Assembly: GCA_965652295.1 (NCBI GenBank)
Contig: CBFGTS010000005.1
Coordinates: 128,001-192,000, forward strand
From: an uncultured Haloferula sp.
GTDB lineage: Bacteria; Verrucomicrobiota; Verrucomicrobiia; Verrucomicrobiales; Akkermansiaceae
Reading direction: 5' to 3'
Length of the DNA: 64,000 nt
Under the pieces are notes generated by a model. It was not told the DNA's origin, searched no databases, and saw only the letters and a program-made list of their open reading frames with translations. Positions 55,801-64,000 of this stretch are shown here, piece after piece. Every line of letters begins with the position of its first letter. Position 1 is the stretch's first letter. Both the position numbers and the translations under genes were made by a program.

Positions 55801-56569
55801 AGACCTGTATCCCGGTGTCCACGCCACCTCTTACCGCCTCTACGAAGACGACGGTATCACTCGGGCCCATTTGCTTCAGGACGCGTACAGTTTTACGAAC
55901 TTCACGGCACATCGTCCTCAGAAAAACACCCTTCGATTCACCAAGGGGACAACTGAAAATGGAAATCCGGCGGTGTTCTCTCCTGCCCTTCCACGAGGCA
56001 CCGTCATACGTGCCCACCAGTGGAGCGAGGAACCACGCATGGTGTTGATCGGCAGCAACCTGGTTCCCCGGTCGGAATCCCTCACGTCTCTGGAGAATCA
56101 GAATAGCGGGTGGTTTTGGACCCGGGAGAGCGAGCAACTCATCATCCGCTTCACCGACGATGGCTTCGAGCATCGGATCGTCGCCAGCGCGACCCTTCTC
56201 GACAGCGATGGCGACGGGTTGAATGATCTCCGCGAGGCGGAGATCGGAACGGACGTCTATCAAGCCGACACCGACGGCGATGGCCAGAGCGATCTCATGG
56301 AGGTTTCGTTCGGTATTTCACCCGTGGACTCGTCGTCCCGCGTCTCCGTGTCCGGCAGCGTCATTTCCGATGATCCGTCCCAGTTCCAGGTCACTTGGCC
56401 GAGTGCCCCGGGAACCCTCTATCTTGTGGAAAAATGGCAGGAAGTCGCTCGGGCATGGCAAACGATCGCGGAGTTGCTCGCCACCACCAGCACTTCCCAT
56501 TTCAGCTGGCCGATGACCGAATCAAAAGTGATTCTCAGAATCCGCTCGGACGCAACCCATCAGGAATAG
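52823..56569 (+). CDS. Secreted glycoside hydrolase family 31 with N-terminal LamG-like and Ig-like domains and C-terminal TSP3-like/sorting-type domain
   Basis: ELTGR...PKWGYG, DYGW, FWPDE, WSGD, NDLGGF, ELYIRW, RAHG...REPW, RYRLFPYIY, QYYFG, VWLPEGTWYDF, LYEDDG. GTG start at 52823 gives a signal peptide. Confidence 0.9.
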   Translation: MNRLWALLLSLGLVSVLHAAPPSSSGLALHFDASDIDAQKNTSLLDGEAITVWKDLSGNQLDLDMPTGTPTYIQPGPGFGGLPVVQFNPVDFNGADYLSRAAAPIHDYPFTVFAVVRSATTRNAVIFSLVDAQSREKMAGIRFVYEGNGEPGRISLFRRNPVWVEAPSSEAFNDNAFHIVTARFVNPSLARLYVDGQLRATSETHIALPTFNRFDLGNNGRNQSTTDPYEGQIAELMVYDEDLDGSERREAEAYLSEKWITGRAGIATTHNAVDFGSVALSEPQSREITITHSGAEDGSITIESLDLGSLGDFSLRAYLNEEELEPADPTAYPFTLSRASGDELRLVATITPTAGELDYHGSLRILSNAENQPDLAIPLTARLRNRVGVTDYENHRSEGNRIHFDLQGNAEVCLTLNTAAMARIQYAPDGEFRSDDSPDYFMVRKFAWDPVTYSIQDHGSYLGIHTSAMTVRVQKSPFRIQLYDPSNTILIVKDSDEEGMYAEQGQRGVVRVENDGEHARFGFGSGDHGHSRPLDKRAGYDQFTVTHGRTCVPFFMSMAGYGVFLNTVEKDTAFDDSGGFRTTGFLDYWFMVGDFKKVLGLYSELTGRMNLFPKWGYGFMLSKYGNDNATQAEFLEWIHRLRDEGYPTDSYVFDYGWRGAKFDPHRWNAQRYPDISAMFAEARQLGFHIGLHNNKGTPEAGNGNFADPGVAENWWRAHWDNVIEPGHGDWFWPDEFDVAGDNLMANRAAKIVHERWLEATTDQRPMFLTRGGFANHHFSSTWSGDIPNTIAEMSEQITGALALGMSGYPWSSNDLGGFFAKPSDELYIRWVAQFGAFSGLMRAHGHDGREPWLYGERAQENLRRYLKIRYRLFPYIYTTAWQGARHGIPMMRAMAIEHPADPEAWTKDSQYYFGDWLLVAPALSTQDTQVSVWLPEGTWYDFFDPSVSHEGGRTITVSATLDQIPVFVKAGAIIPSGPDVSHADAKPLNPLTLDLYPGVHATSYRLYEDDGITRAHLLQDAYSFTNFTAHRPQKNTLRFTKGTTENGNPAVFSPALPRGTVIRAHQWSEEPRMVLIGSNLVPRSESLTSLENQNSGWFWTRESEQLIIRFTDDGFEHRIVASATLLDSDGDGLNDLREAEIGTDVYQADTDGDGQSDLMEVSFGISPVDSSSRVSVSGSVISDDPSQFQVTWPSAPGTLYLVEKWQEVARAWQTIAELLATTSTSHFSWPMTESKVILRIRSDATHQE

Positions 56570-56772
56570 CAGCGGATTTCACGATGTCGTGGAAAGGGCC
56601 GGACGACGAATTGCCCCCACCTCCGTCTTCATGCTTGTCCTGGTTCCGGATTCTTTGTTATTCTGAGATCTTCGCATTCCGAACGTATCGATAGAACCAC
56701 CTGTTTCTTCTCCGCAATCCCGGCCACCGGGGTTTTCCGTCCATCCTTGAAAAGGGAGTCTTTTTGTCCGTT

Positions 56773-57351
56773 ATGAAAACACTACTTCTGACCTCGATCC
56801 TCACCGTTTTTGCAGCCTGGGCTCCGGCACAAGCGGCGACCATCCTGTTCTCGCTCGAAGGAAGTGCCGGCTCCGGTCTTCTGCCGGGCAATGAAACCGG
56901 AATCCTCAACGGGACACCCGGAAGCGGCGGCGTCGTCGGCTCGGGCATTTCGTTCGATGATCTGACGATGACGCTCTCGATCGACATCGGCTGGGGCTCC
57001 GGCAACGGCTTCACCGATTTGACCGGGGTGGCAACCGCCGGGCACATCCACGGCCCCACTGCCAGCGGCGGCACCGCGGCGTTCGTTGAGAATGCCGGGC
57101 CGCTCCTCTTCCTCAGCACCGAGTCCGGCTGGGACGCCAGCGCGAGCAGCGGTGGTTTTCAAGGTGACTTCACGCTCACCGCCGGCCAAGCGATCGACCT
57201 GATGGACGGAAAGTTGTATATCAATGTCCACACCGCAACCAACGGTGGCGGCGAGATCCGTGGAAACCTCGTGGTGGTTCCCGAGCCGAGCTCATCTTTT
57301 TTGATCGCCGCAGCCCTCGGCACGGTTTGCCGCCGCCGCCGCCGACATTGA
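56773..57351 (+). CDS. CHRD-domain PEP-CTERM protein
   Basis: ATAGHIHGP, LYINVHT...GGEIRGNL; ends VPEPSSSFLIAAALGTVCRRRRRH. Confidence 0.93.
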   Translation: MKTLLLTSILTVFAAWAPAQAATILFSLEGSAGSGLLPGNETGILNGTPGSGGVVGSGISFDDLTMTLSIDIGWGSGNGFTDLTGVATAGHIHGPTASGGTAAFVENAGPLLFLSTESGWDASASSGGFQGDFTLTAGQAIDLMDGKLYINVHTATNGGGEIRGNLVVVPEPSSSFLIAAALGTVCRRRRRH

Positions 57352-57625
57352 TCGATGAGAAACCGGGGTGCCAGACGACTTTGCTGACGAAGGCGACCTG
57401 CCGGTGGGAATCGCCGAAGTGCACGCGTTCGAGGTGGAGCCGCAACTTCTTCCCTCGCACGTCGATGTCGCGCTGATACCAAGCCGGACCCGATATGGTG
57501 GCGCGGCGGGGTGAGGAAGAATGGCATCTTGAAATTCTCGTCCGTCTGCCATTAGCCGGGTCCCGCTGTTTTTCTCCGAATCCCTGGGCGGCCAGCAAGG
57601 CGAATCCGAGGAGCAGTGGTTTCAT
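57352..57625 (-). pseudogene. Remnant of a secreted GH2-like glycoside hydrolase
   Basis: Signal peptide MKPLLLGFALLAAQGFG with ATGA overlap on the DUF5107 stop. One frame gives NFKMPFFLTPPRHHIG and a shifted frame gives GPAWYQRDIDV..GKKLRLHLERVH; then it ends abruptly. Confidence 0.7.
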
Positions 57626-60600
57626 GCGGATGGGGTGACTTGAAGTTGGCTTTGGAGTTCGACAGCGCGGGGTTCGGCGGCGTCGAAGGCGAGGACCTTG
57701 TCGATCGCCGCGGCGGCTTGGTCGAGCCGGCCGAGCCCGTGACACGCGAGCGCGATGAGCAGTTGGGCGCCGGCATCGCGGCGGGCCTGGAGGTCTTCAT
57801 CGAAAACCAACAGGTTCGGCAGGCTGGTGGCGAAGTAGTCGATCTTCGCAGGCTCGGCGAGCATGGCGCGGGCGTGGTCGATCATATCGCGGAACACCTC
57901 GTCGCCATCCTCATTCCGGCCAAGGGCTTTGAGCGAGAGGCCGCGGAAATACGACAGGGGCGAGTGCGCGGAGACCGCCATGTTGGTGAAATCGCCGTCC
58001 TCGGATGCGGATGCCTCGAATGCGGCGTCCGCTTCGGAAACGCGACCGAGTTTCCTCAAACTACTGCCAATCCAGTAGTTCACATCGGCCTTCGCCTGGA
58101 GCGGGTGGTAGGCCTCGCCGAGCGATTCGGGAGTGTCCGTCGCAAGCAGGAACTCGCGGTGGGCCGCGGCGGCGTCACCCCGCTCGAGGGCCTCGCGGCC
58201 GAGGGCGATGCGTGCCGCGGTGTATTGGCGGAGCACCGTGCCTTCGCCGCCCTCCCACGGGTGGAAACGCCGCGAGAGCAGCAAGTCGAGGGCTTGCCGG
58301 TGTTGGCCGGTTAGATTGAGGAGCGCGGCAAGCTCGACAGTGGCGTCGTCGCGTTGAAGCACCAGTTCGCGGTGAGTGGATAGAAACGCCAGCCGCTCCT
58401 CGGGCGGGCGGTTCTGTTTTTTGGCAAGTTGATCGGCCTCGACGACGAGCCGGGCGTCGCCGGGATCAAGCTCCATCGCCTTGGCATAACAAGCCGCCGC
58501 GCGTTCGGCATCGCGGGCATGGTTCCAGAGGGCGATGCCGAGGTTTCGGTGGACCTGGGAGATGGTCGTGCCGGCCCGGGCCGCGGTTTCCCAAGCGGCG
58601 ATCGCGTCGGTGTGGCGGCGGCGATCGAACAACAGATTGCCCAGGCCATACGCCGCCAGCGGGTCCGCGCCAGGCTGGGCTAGCGCCCATTCGAGCACGA
58701 GCATCTCGCCGAGGCGGGAGGGAAAGAAATGATCCGCCTTACAGGCGTGGGCGGTTGCGAGATCGGAGGGATCGCCTGATAGATGGGCCCGGAGGTAACG
58801 CGTCATCGGGCTGCGGGAGAGCGGATTGGGCACTGCGGTCGGCTCGACGGGGGCGTCGTGGTGGGCGTCGAGCAGGGGGAGCGCTTCGTCGGTGAAGCCG
58901 GCTTCGACGAAGTCAAAGACGAGGTCGAGGATGGTCTGGGCGTCGTTGCGGCAGGCGGCGGGAATGCGGATCTCGGCATGGCGGATGAAATCCGCCGCCA
59001 CGGTGGCCCAATGGTCGAGCGGGTCGCTGGCGAGGAGTGCGTCGAGGATGGCGAGCGCCTCGTCCTTCCGCCCGAGGCGGTGGAGGGCGAGGGCCTTGAG
59101 GATTTTCGCCTTGTTGTGGTCGCGGTTGGTGGCGAGCGATTCGTCGAGATGATGGAGGGCGCGGTTGAAATCCCGGCGGCGGCAGGCGATGGCGGCGAGT
59201 TGGTAATGGGAACTACTGCGCCATTCGTAGTTCCACGCGGCCTTGGCCAGGAGCGATTCGGCGGTAGCGTCTTCGCCGAGGAAGCGGAGAGTCAGACCGA
59301 GGAAATAGTGCGCCTCGCCGGTGACGGGATTCGGATGGCGGGAGGTAAGGCGGGCGATGGCGGTCTTGAGAAAAGCCCGGGCTTCGGCGAGTCGGCCGCG
59401 GGAGAGATGGCGTTTGCCGAGGGCGAGATTGGCGCGGGCGTCGAGCGGGTCGATTTCGAGACAGCGACGGAGGTAGGGTTCCGGATCGCGGGTCGGGTGG
59501 CGGTATTGTTCGAGGTGCTCGGCGATGAAGTAGAGTTCGTCGGCGGAATCGATCTCCTTCGCGGCGGGCGGTTCGATCGCCTGGGCGCGGTCGCGAGTGA
59601 GGGTGGAAACATCGACCGGGCGGTAGTCGAGAACCAGAGTGCCATGGGTATCGCGCAGTTCCGCGAGGAGCTCGGCGGGATTCTCGCCGTCGAAGCGCAG
59701 CGACTCATCGGTCCAGGCCGCACCGGGTTTCAGGGCGATGTCGAAGCGACCGAGAACGCCGCGGTTTCCGGAGATGACGAGCGTGCCCTCGAAGGATTCG
59801 GAAACATTAAGACCGAGGATGATCGTGCGGTCGTCGCGAATGCTGAGGGCGATCGCCGCGCGGGTGTTTGCCTGCTGGACCGGGCCGATGTCGCGGATGG
59901 GCCACCAGAATTGCGAGAAGGTTTTGGTTTCGTAGGGGAGGAGGTAGGTGAAGTCGGGTTGGTTGTCGGTATAAACGCCGGCCATCAGTTCGACGTAGGG
60001 GCCGTTGGTATCGGTGAGTTCGCGGTCCCAGGTCCGACCGAAGGGGTGATTTCCCCAGGTCCATTGCTTTTTGCCGGGGGCGATGTGGCGGTCGGCGACA
60101 TGGACGAAGCCGCCGTTTGCCGCGAAATCATAGCCGCCGAAGAAATCGAAGCCGGTCTGGCAGACCATGTAGCTGGTGGGCACCGGGATGTTTTTGTACC
60201 AACTCAGGTCGTTGGCTCCGGGGCGGTTCTGATAGTCGATGCCGTAGTAGGGGTTGTTCGCGACGGGAAACGACGACAGCGCGCGCACCGCGTGGTCGGC
60301 GACGTAGTGGACGTCGGGCGGAAAGAACGATTGGTAGCGGTCGTGCACCATGGCGGCAACGTTCGCCCACCACAGGAAGGTGCGGGTGAAAGGCGTGCGG
60401 TTGTAGAGCCGGGCGCGCAGTTCGATGAGCGACGAGCGGGGTCGCAGGCGGATCCCGTGCATCCCCTTCATGCGGTCAAGCGGGTCGTGCTCGGACATCC
60501 AGATCGTCGCGGCTCCGTCCGCTTCGCGTTCGATGTGGACATCCGTCGGCATGAACGTCCCCGGCCGGTGGTGTTGCGGCCAGTTGAACTCGACGCCGCC

Positions 60601-60936
60601 GGAAATCCACGGCCCCGCCAACCCGACGAGCGCCGGTTTGATCACATCCTGCCGGTAGAAAAAATCATAGTCGCCGTTCGTCTTGTCCTGGCCGAGGAAG
60701 ATGCGGCCGCCGATTTCCGGAAGCATGACGAGGCGGATGAACCCGTTTTCCAAACGGGCGGATTGATAAGTTACGGGAACAACTTCGTCGTGGACCTTGT
60801 CGATGAAGGGAAGCGGATAGACCTTCCCGTTGGATCCCTGATAGACGCGCTTTTCGAAGAAGACCGGATTTTTCTCCGGCACCCCGACGGGATAGGTCGG
60901 GATTTCGAGGGGTTCGAGGACGGCTTTGACGTGCAT
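57622..60936 (-). CDS. DUF5107 domain protein with C-terminal TPR repeats
   Basis: FFEKRVYQGSNGKVYPLP, LPEIGGRI, IKPALVGLAGPWISGGVEFNWPQHHRP, GKKQWTWG, FHPWEGGEG. Confidence 0.9.
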   Translation of the reverse strand: MHVKAVLEPLEIPTYPVGVPEKNPVFFEKRVYQGSNGKVYPLPFIDKVHDEVVPVTYQSARLENGFIRLVMLPEIGGRIFLGQDKTNGDYDFFYRQDVIKPALVGLAGPWISGGVEFNWPQHHRPGTFMPTDVHIEREADGAATIWMSEHDPLDRMKGMHGIRLRPRSSLIELRARLYNRTPFTRTFLWWANVAAMVHDRYQSFFPPDVHYVADHAVRALSSFPVANNPYYGIDYQNRPGANDLSWYKNIPVPTSYMVCQTGFDFFGGYDFAANGGFVHVADRHIAPGKKQWTWGNHPFGRTWDRELTDTNGPYVELMAGVYTDNQPDFTYLLPYETKTFSQFWWPIRDIGPVQQANTRAAIALSIRDDRTIILGLNVSESFEGTLVISGNRGVLGRFDIALKPGAAWTDESLRFDGENPAELLAELRDTHGTLVLDYRPVDVSTLTRDRAQAIEPPAAKEIDSADELYFIAEHLEQYRHPTRDPEPYLRRCLEIDPLDARANLALGKRHLSRGRLAEARAFLKTAIARLTSRHPNPVTGEAHYFLGLTLRFLGEDATAESLLAKAAWNYEWRSSSHYQLAAIACRRRDFNRALHHLDESLATNRDHNKAKILKALALHRLGRKDEALAILDALLASDPLDHWATVAADFIRHAEIRIPAACRNDAQTILDLVFDFVEAGFTDEALPLLDAHHDAPVEPTAVPNPLSRSPMTRYLRAHLSGDPSDLATAHACKADHFFPSRLGEMLVLEWALAQPGADPLAAYGLGNLLFDRRRHTDAIAAWETAARAGTTISQVHRNLGIALWNHARDAERAAACYAKAMELDPGDARLVVEADQLAKKQNRPPEERLAFLSTHRELVLQRDDATVELAALLNLTGQHRQALDLLLSRRFHPWEGGEGTVLRQYTAARIALGREALERGDAAAAHREFLLATDTPESLGEAYHPLQAKADVNYWIGSSLRKLGRVSEADAAFEASASEDGDFTNMAVSAHSPLSYFRGLSLKALGRNEDGDEVFRDMIDHARAMLAEPAKIDYFATSLPNLLVFDEDLQARRDAGAQLLIALACHGLGRLDQAAAAIDKVLAFDAAEPRAVELQSQLQVTPSA

Positions 60937-60943
60937 GGAGGGA

Positions 60944-62515
60944 TCAGCGGAAAATGAAGAACAGGACGGCGACGCCGGCGATCACCAGGGCGGCGGCGAT
61001 TTTGACAATGGGCTCGGTGTTGAGGGCGATGTCCTCGCGGACCGGGAGTTTCCGAGGCCCCGGCAGGGGGCGGGCGAGGGTGATCGCGACCATCGTGGCG
61101 AAGACGACGGAGAAGGCGCAGAGGACCTGGGTGAGGTAGTGCATTTCAAACCACGGCGTCTCCAGCACGCGTTGGAAGAGCCCTTGTTTCGTGGCAACTT
61201 GAAAAAACGAATAGGCGAGCGGTCCGAGGATCAGGGCGGTGAGACCGGCCGCAGCGGGGGCGCGGGGCAGAAGAAACGCCCCCAGAAAGGCCCCGACCAC
61301 GCCGGGCCAGATGAACCCCTGGAACTGCTGGATGAAGCCGAACACGCCGTCGGTCAGCAGCGGCGCGGTCAGACAGCCGATCACCACGAAGGTGACCGTC
61401 AGCACCCGCCCAAGGAGGACGATCGATGCCTGGGAGGCGCGCGGCCGGATGAGGCGCTGATAGATATCGATCGATGCGATGGTGGAGGCGGAATTCAGCA
61501 GTGAGGCCAACGTGGAAACGATGGCTCCGGCGACGGCGGCGAAGATAAAGCCGCGGAGTCCGGGGCCAACGAGGTGCTTGATGAGCGTGGGGTAGGCGGC
61601 GTCCGCCTTGTCTACGAGTTCGTCCGGATAGAGGTTCGAGGCCATGATGCCGGGCATGACGATGGCGAAGGGGACGAGCAGCCACAGCGCGCCCGCGAAG
61701 ACCATACCGAGCTGGCCATCGCGCAGGGTCTTGGCGGCGAGGTTCCGCTGCACGATGAACTGGTTCAAACCGCAGTAGTAGATCATCACGATCCACATGC
61801 CGGTGAAGACCGTGTGCCGGGGGAGTTCCGCATACCCGGGATGATCGGGGGGCAGGAGCAGCTTGAGTTTGTCCGGATTCGCGGCGGAGAACGCGTCCCA
61901 GCCGCCCGAGGCATCCAGCCCGAGGAAAAAGACGATCATGCCGCCGGCGAGCAGGGAAAGGCCCTGGATGAGGTCGGCGTAGGCGATGGCCTTGAGACCG
62001 CCGGTGGCGGCGTAGAGGGTACCGATGGCACCGATGATCCACACTCCGGTGCCCATCGGAATGCCGACCAGGATCTTGAGCGCGGTGGCGCCGGTGTAGA
62101 GCACGGCGGTGAGCAGCACGCCGACGTAGATCACCACGGTCAGGACGGCCATCACGCTGCGGGTTGCGCGGCTGTAACGGTATTCGAGGAACTCGGGCAT
62201 CGTGTAGATGCCGGCGCGCAGGAAACGGGGCAGGAGCGTGATGGCGATGATGGCGATGAACACCGAACCCATGAGCTGCCATGCGGCGACGGCGAGACCT
62301 TGGTTCGCTGCTCCGGCCCCGGCCATGCCGACCATTTGCTCCGAGGAGATGTTCGCGGCGACGATGGAAATGCCGATGATCGGCCAGGTCAACGAGCGGC
62401 CGCCGAGGAAGTAGTCGCTTTCCTTTTCGTCCCGAACAGGCCGGCTTTTCCAGAGGCTGACGCCGATGACGATGATGAAGAAGCCGACGAAAGTGGCCAG
62501 GTCGAGCGGGTTCAT
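60944..62515 (-). CDS. Sodium:solute symporter (SSS family, sugar type)
   Basis: DYFLGGRSLTW, AANISSE, YTMPEFLEYRY, GGLKA, NQFIVQR, multiple TM helices. Confidence 0.95.
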   Translation of the reverse strand: MNPLDLATFVGFFIIVIGVSLWKSRPVRDEKESDYFLGGRSLTWPIIGISIVAANISSEQMVGMAGAGAANQGLAVAAWQLMGSVFIAIIAITLLPRFLRAGIYTMPEFLEYRYSRATRSVMAVLTVVIYVGVLLTAVLYTGATALKILVGIPMGTGVWIIGAIGTLYAATGGLKAIAYADLIQGLSLLAGGMIVFFLGLDASGGWDAFSAANPDKLKLLLPPDHPGYAELPRHTVFTGMWIVMIYYCGLNQFIVQRNLAAKTLRDGQLGMVFAGALWLLVPFAIVMPGIMASNLYPDELVDKADAAYPTLIKHLVGPGLRGFIFAAVAGAIVSTLASLLNSASTIASIDIYQRLIRPRASQASIVLLGRVLTVTFVVIGCLTAPLLTDGVFGFIQQFQGFIWPGVVGAFLGAFLLPRAPAAAGLTALILGPLAYSFFQVATKQGLFQRVLETPWFEMHYLTQVLCAFSVVFATMVAITLARPLPGPRKLPVREDIALNTEPIVKIAAALVIAGVAVLFFIFR

Positions 62516-62621
62516 GAGTTTCTGGGTTTCCTCTCTTATACGTCGCGGCGTGTGGACGCACCATGGAGGATTGGATGAAATGAATGGACATTCCGATGGT
62601 TTTCAGGAGTCTCCTCGAAGC

Positions 62622-63509
62622 ATGTCCGCCGATGAGCCGACCCGCCAGGAGGGTTTCCCCGGGCAGCGTTTGGTGGTGGTGCCACCGACGCTCGTAAAGC
62701 GGGCCCTGAAGGCACCGATCACGCGGGACCTGTGCGTGACGCACATCGGTTCCTTCATCGCAGCATCCTCGCATTCGGTTCGGCGTCCGAAGGGTGCTGC
62801 GCAGCATGTGATGATTGGCTGTGTGGCGGGAAAGGGGAGCGGCTCGGTGGAGGGCAGCGAATGGCGGCTGGGGCCGGGTGAGCTGGTCTTCCTGCCGCCG
62901 GGACGGGAACACCACTATCGCTCGGACGGTGAGCGACCATGGACAATCTTCTGGGTTCACTTCCAAGGAAAGCGGGCAAGGGATTATCTTGGGATGTTAG
63001 GAATGGCTGGCGAGGTCGGGGTGGTGAAGCTGGACGCGCCGCGGAGCGTGACGGAGGCCTTCGAGGACACCATCCGGCATACGGTTCACGGCTTCAGTGA
63101 GTTGGCGATGCTCGGAATGTCCACGGCGTTCGCACGTCTGTTGGGCTTGGTGCGGGTTCACCAAAGCCGCTTGGGCGGCAGGACGCGCGGCGGCGAGCTG
63201 CGCGTGCAGAACGCGCTTTCGAAGATGAGAGGTGACTTGGCGCATGCGTGGTCGGTCGAGGAACTCGCGGCGCTGGCGGGCATGAGCGTGCCGCATTTCA
63301 CCGACCGTTGCCGGCAGCAGAGCGGCATGCCGCCGCTGGCGCTGCTGATCCGCCTGCGCTTGCAGAAGGCGATGGAGCTGCTCCACAGCGGCACCTGCAA
63401 CGTCAGCGAGGCCGCCCAGGCCGTGGGCTACAGTGATCCCTTTTATTTCTCGCGGCTTTTCAAACGCCACATGGGAGTGGCTCCCAGCGCCTGCCGCGCC
63501 GGGGAGTGA
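62622..63509 (+). CDS. AraC-family transcriptional regulator
   Basis: EGFPGQRL, cupin HHYRSD..PWTIFWVHF, and HTH VGYSDPFYFSRLFKR. Alternative start 62580. Confidence 0.93.
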   Translation: MSADEPTRQEGFPGQRLVVVPPTLVKRALKAPITRDLCVTHIGSFIAASSHSVRRPKGAAQHVMIGCVAGKGSGSVEGSEWRLGPGELVFLPPGREHHYRSDGERPWTIFWVHFQGKRARDYLGMLGMAGEVGVVKLDAPRSVTEAFEDTIRHTVHGFSELAMLGMSTAFARLLGLVRVHQSRLGGRTRGGELRVQNALSKMRGDLAHAWSVEELAALAGMSVPHFTDRCRQQSGMPPLALLIRLRLQKAMELLHSGTCNVSEAAQAVGYSDPFYFSRLFKRHMGVAPSACRAGE

Positions 63510-63600
63510 CATCTCACGCAGGTGCAGGAACTGTGCTTTAGCTTCTGATTTTCAGGAGGGCCGACAACGGGTCCGATGAGCCTGCGGAGGTTTTCCCCTT

Positions 63601-63735
63601 AAGATCGGAAGGACTGCGGCCATTGCGGCGGTCCGTAGCGAAGAAGACCGCCCGCTGGTGCGACAGCTTGAGATCCCGATCGTTCATCTCTCCAGCTGGG
63701 ACGTCGATCTCCATGACATTCCCCGTGTCGGCTCC
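63601..63735 (+). pseudogene. Possible remnant of a XylR/LacI-type sugar-binding regulator domain
   Basis: Frame reads AAIAAVRSEEDRPLVRQLEIPIVHLSSWDVDLHDIPRVGS, resembling the IPxVxLS...PRV segment. No HTH, and an upstream in-frame stop. Confidence 0.35.
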
Positions 63736-63883
63736 CGGCCCCTTGCTCGTCCTTCCGACTTAACCGGACAAGCCCCAAGGCCATTTCTTTGCCTTGGCGT
63801 GCACGCTATGCCCGTCGCCTTGGACTTCGCCTCGGATCTCATCCTTGGCTGGGGTTCATGATAAAACCTGTGCTATTCAACAT

Positions 63884-64000
63884 ATGAAACCCATCCGTTT
63901 CGTCTCTCGCTCGGCCGTCGTCACGTCGTCCTTGCTGACGCTCTCCGTAGCTTCGCCCATTTTCGCCGCGAGCGATTCGTGGGATGGCTCCACCGACTCC
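63884..64000 (+). CDS. 5' end of a secreted protein (runs off the window)
   Basis: MKPIRFVSRSAVVTSSLLTLSVASPIFA|ASDSWDGSTDS: signal peptide followed by a WxG start, as seen in beta-strand-repeat surface proteins. Confidence 0.7.
   Translation, partial: MKPIRFVSRSAVVTSSLLTLSVASPIFAASDSWDGSTDS

Noticed and set aside
63726..63750. TGTCGG-N16-CGT upstream of the last gene
   Set aside because: The spacer is 16 nt, it is farther from the start than the other copies, and it lies within a probable coding remnant. Not counted in the regulon.
1..64000. Mobile elements, tRNA/rRNA, exosortase or secretion machinery genes
   Set aside because: No transposase or integrase motifs, structural RNA signatures or exosortase-like membrane protein recognised in this window.

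Overview
High-GC bacterial DNA, most likely Verrucomicrobiota (Haloferula/Luteolibacter-like; inferred from PEP-CTERM proteins, TIGR02999-type ECF/kinase pairs and TSP3-like repeat surface proteins). A short housekeeping block (nadD, TPR protein, dCMP deaminase, ECF sigma with vWA-related partner, rex; 1809-6172) is followed by a ~58 kb accessory glycan-utilisation and cell-surface region. That region has two alginate-lyase-family multidomain proteins, a CE12-like acetylesterase, a GH31, an FAD oxidoreductase-SGNH fusion, a Gfo/Idh/MocA + DUF1080 pair, an SSS transporter with DUF5107 and AraC genes, five PEP-CTERM proteins and several LamG/TSP3-repeat surface proteins. Regulators are two intact ECF sigma/Ser-Thr kinase pairs and one FecI/FecR-type pair. 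Main signals beyond the gene list: (1) a TGTCGG-N17/18-CG(C/T/A) promoter-like motif before six genes, a candidate regulon of the kinase-coupled ECFs; (2) mirror-image GTTGCTAA-N16-GGCAT promoters at the FecI-like sigma; (3) a shared C-terminal domain ending in K-x-F-Y-R-like residues on seven secreted proteins, mutually exclusive with PEP-CTERM, including one LamG domain encoded twice with each tag; (4) several deletion scars. I found no CRISPR array, tRNA, rRNA or transposase. All family calls come from motif recognition by eye, not database searches.
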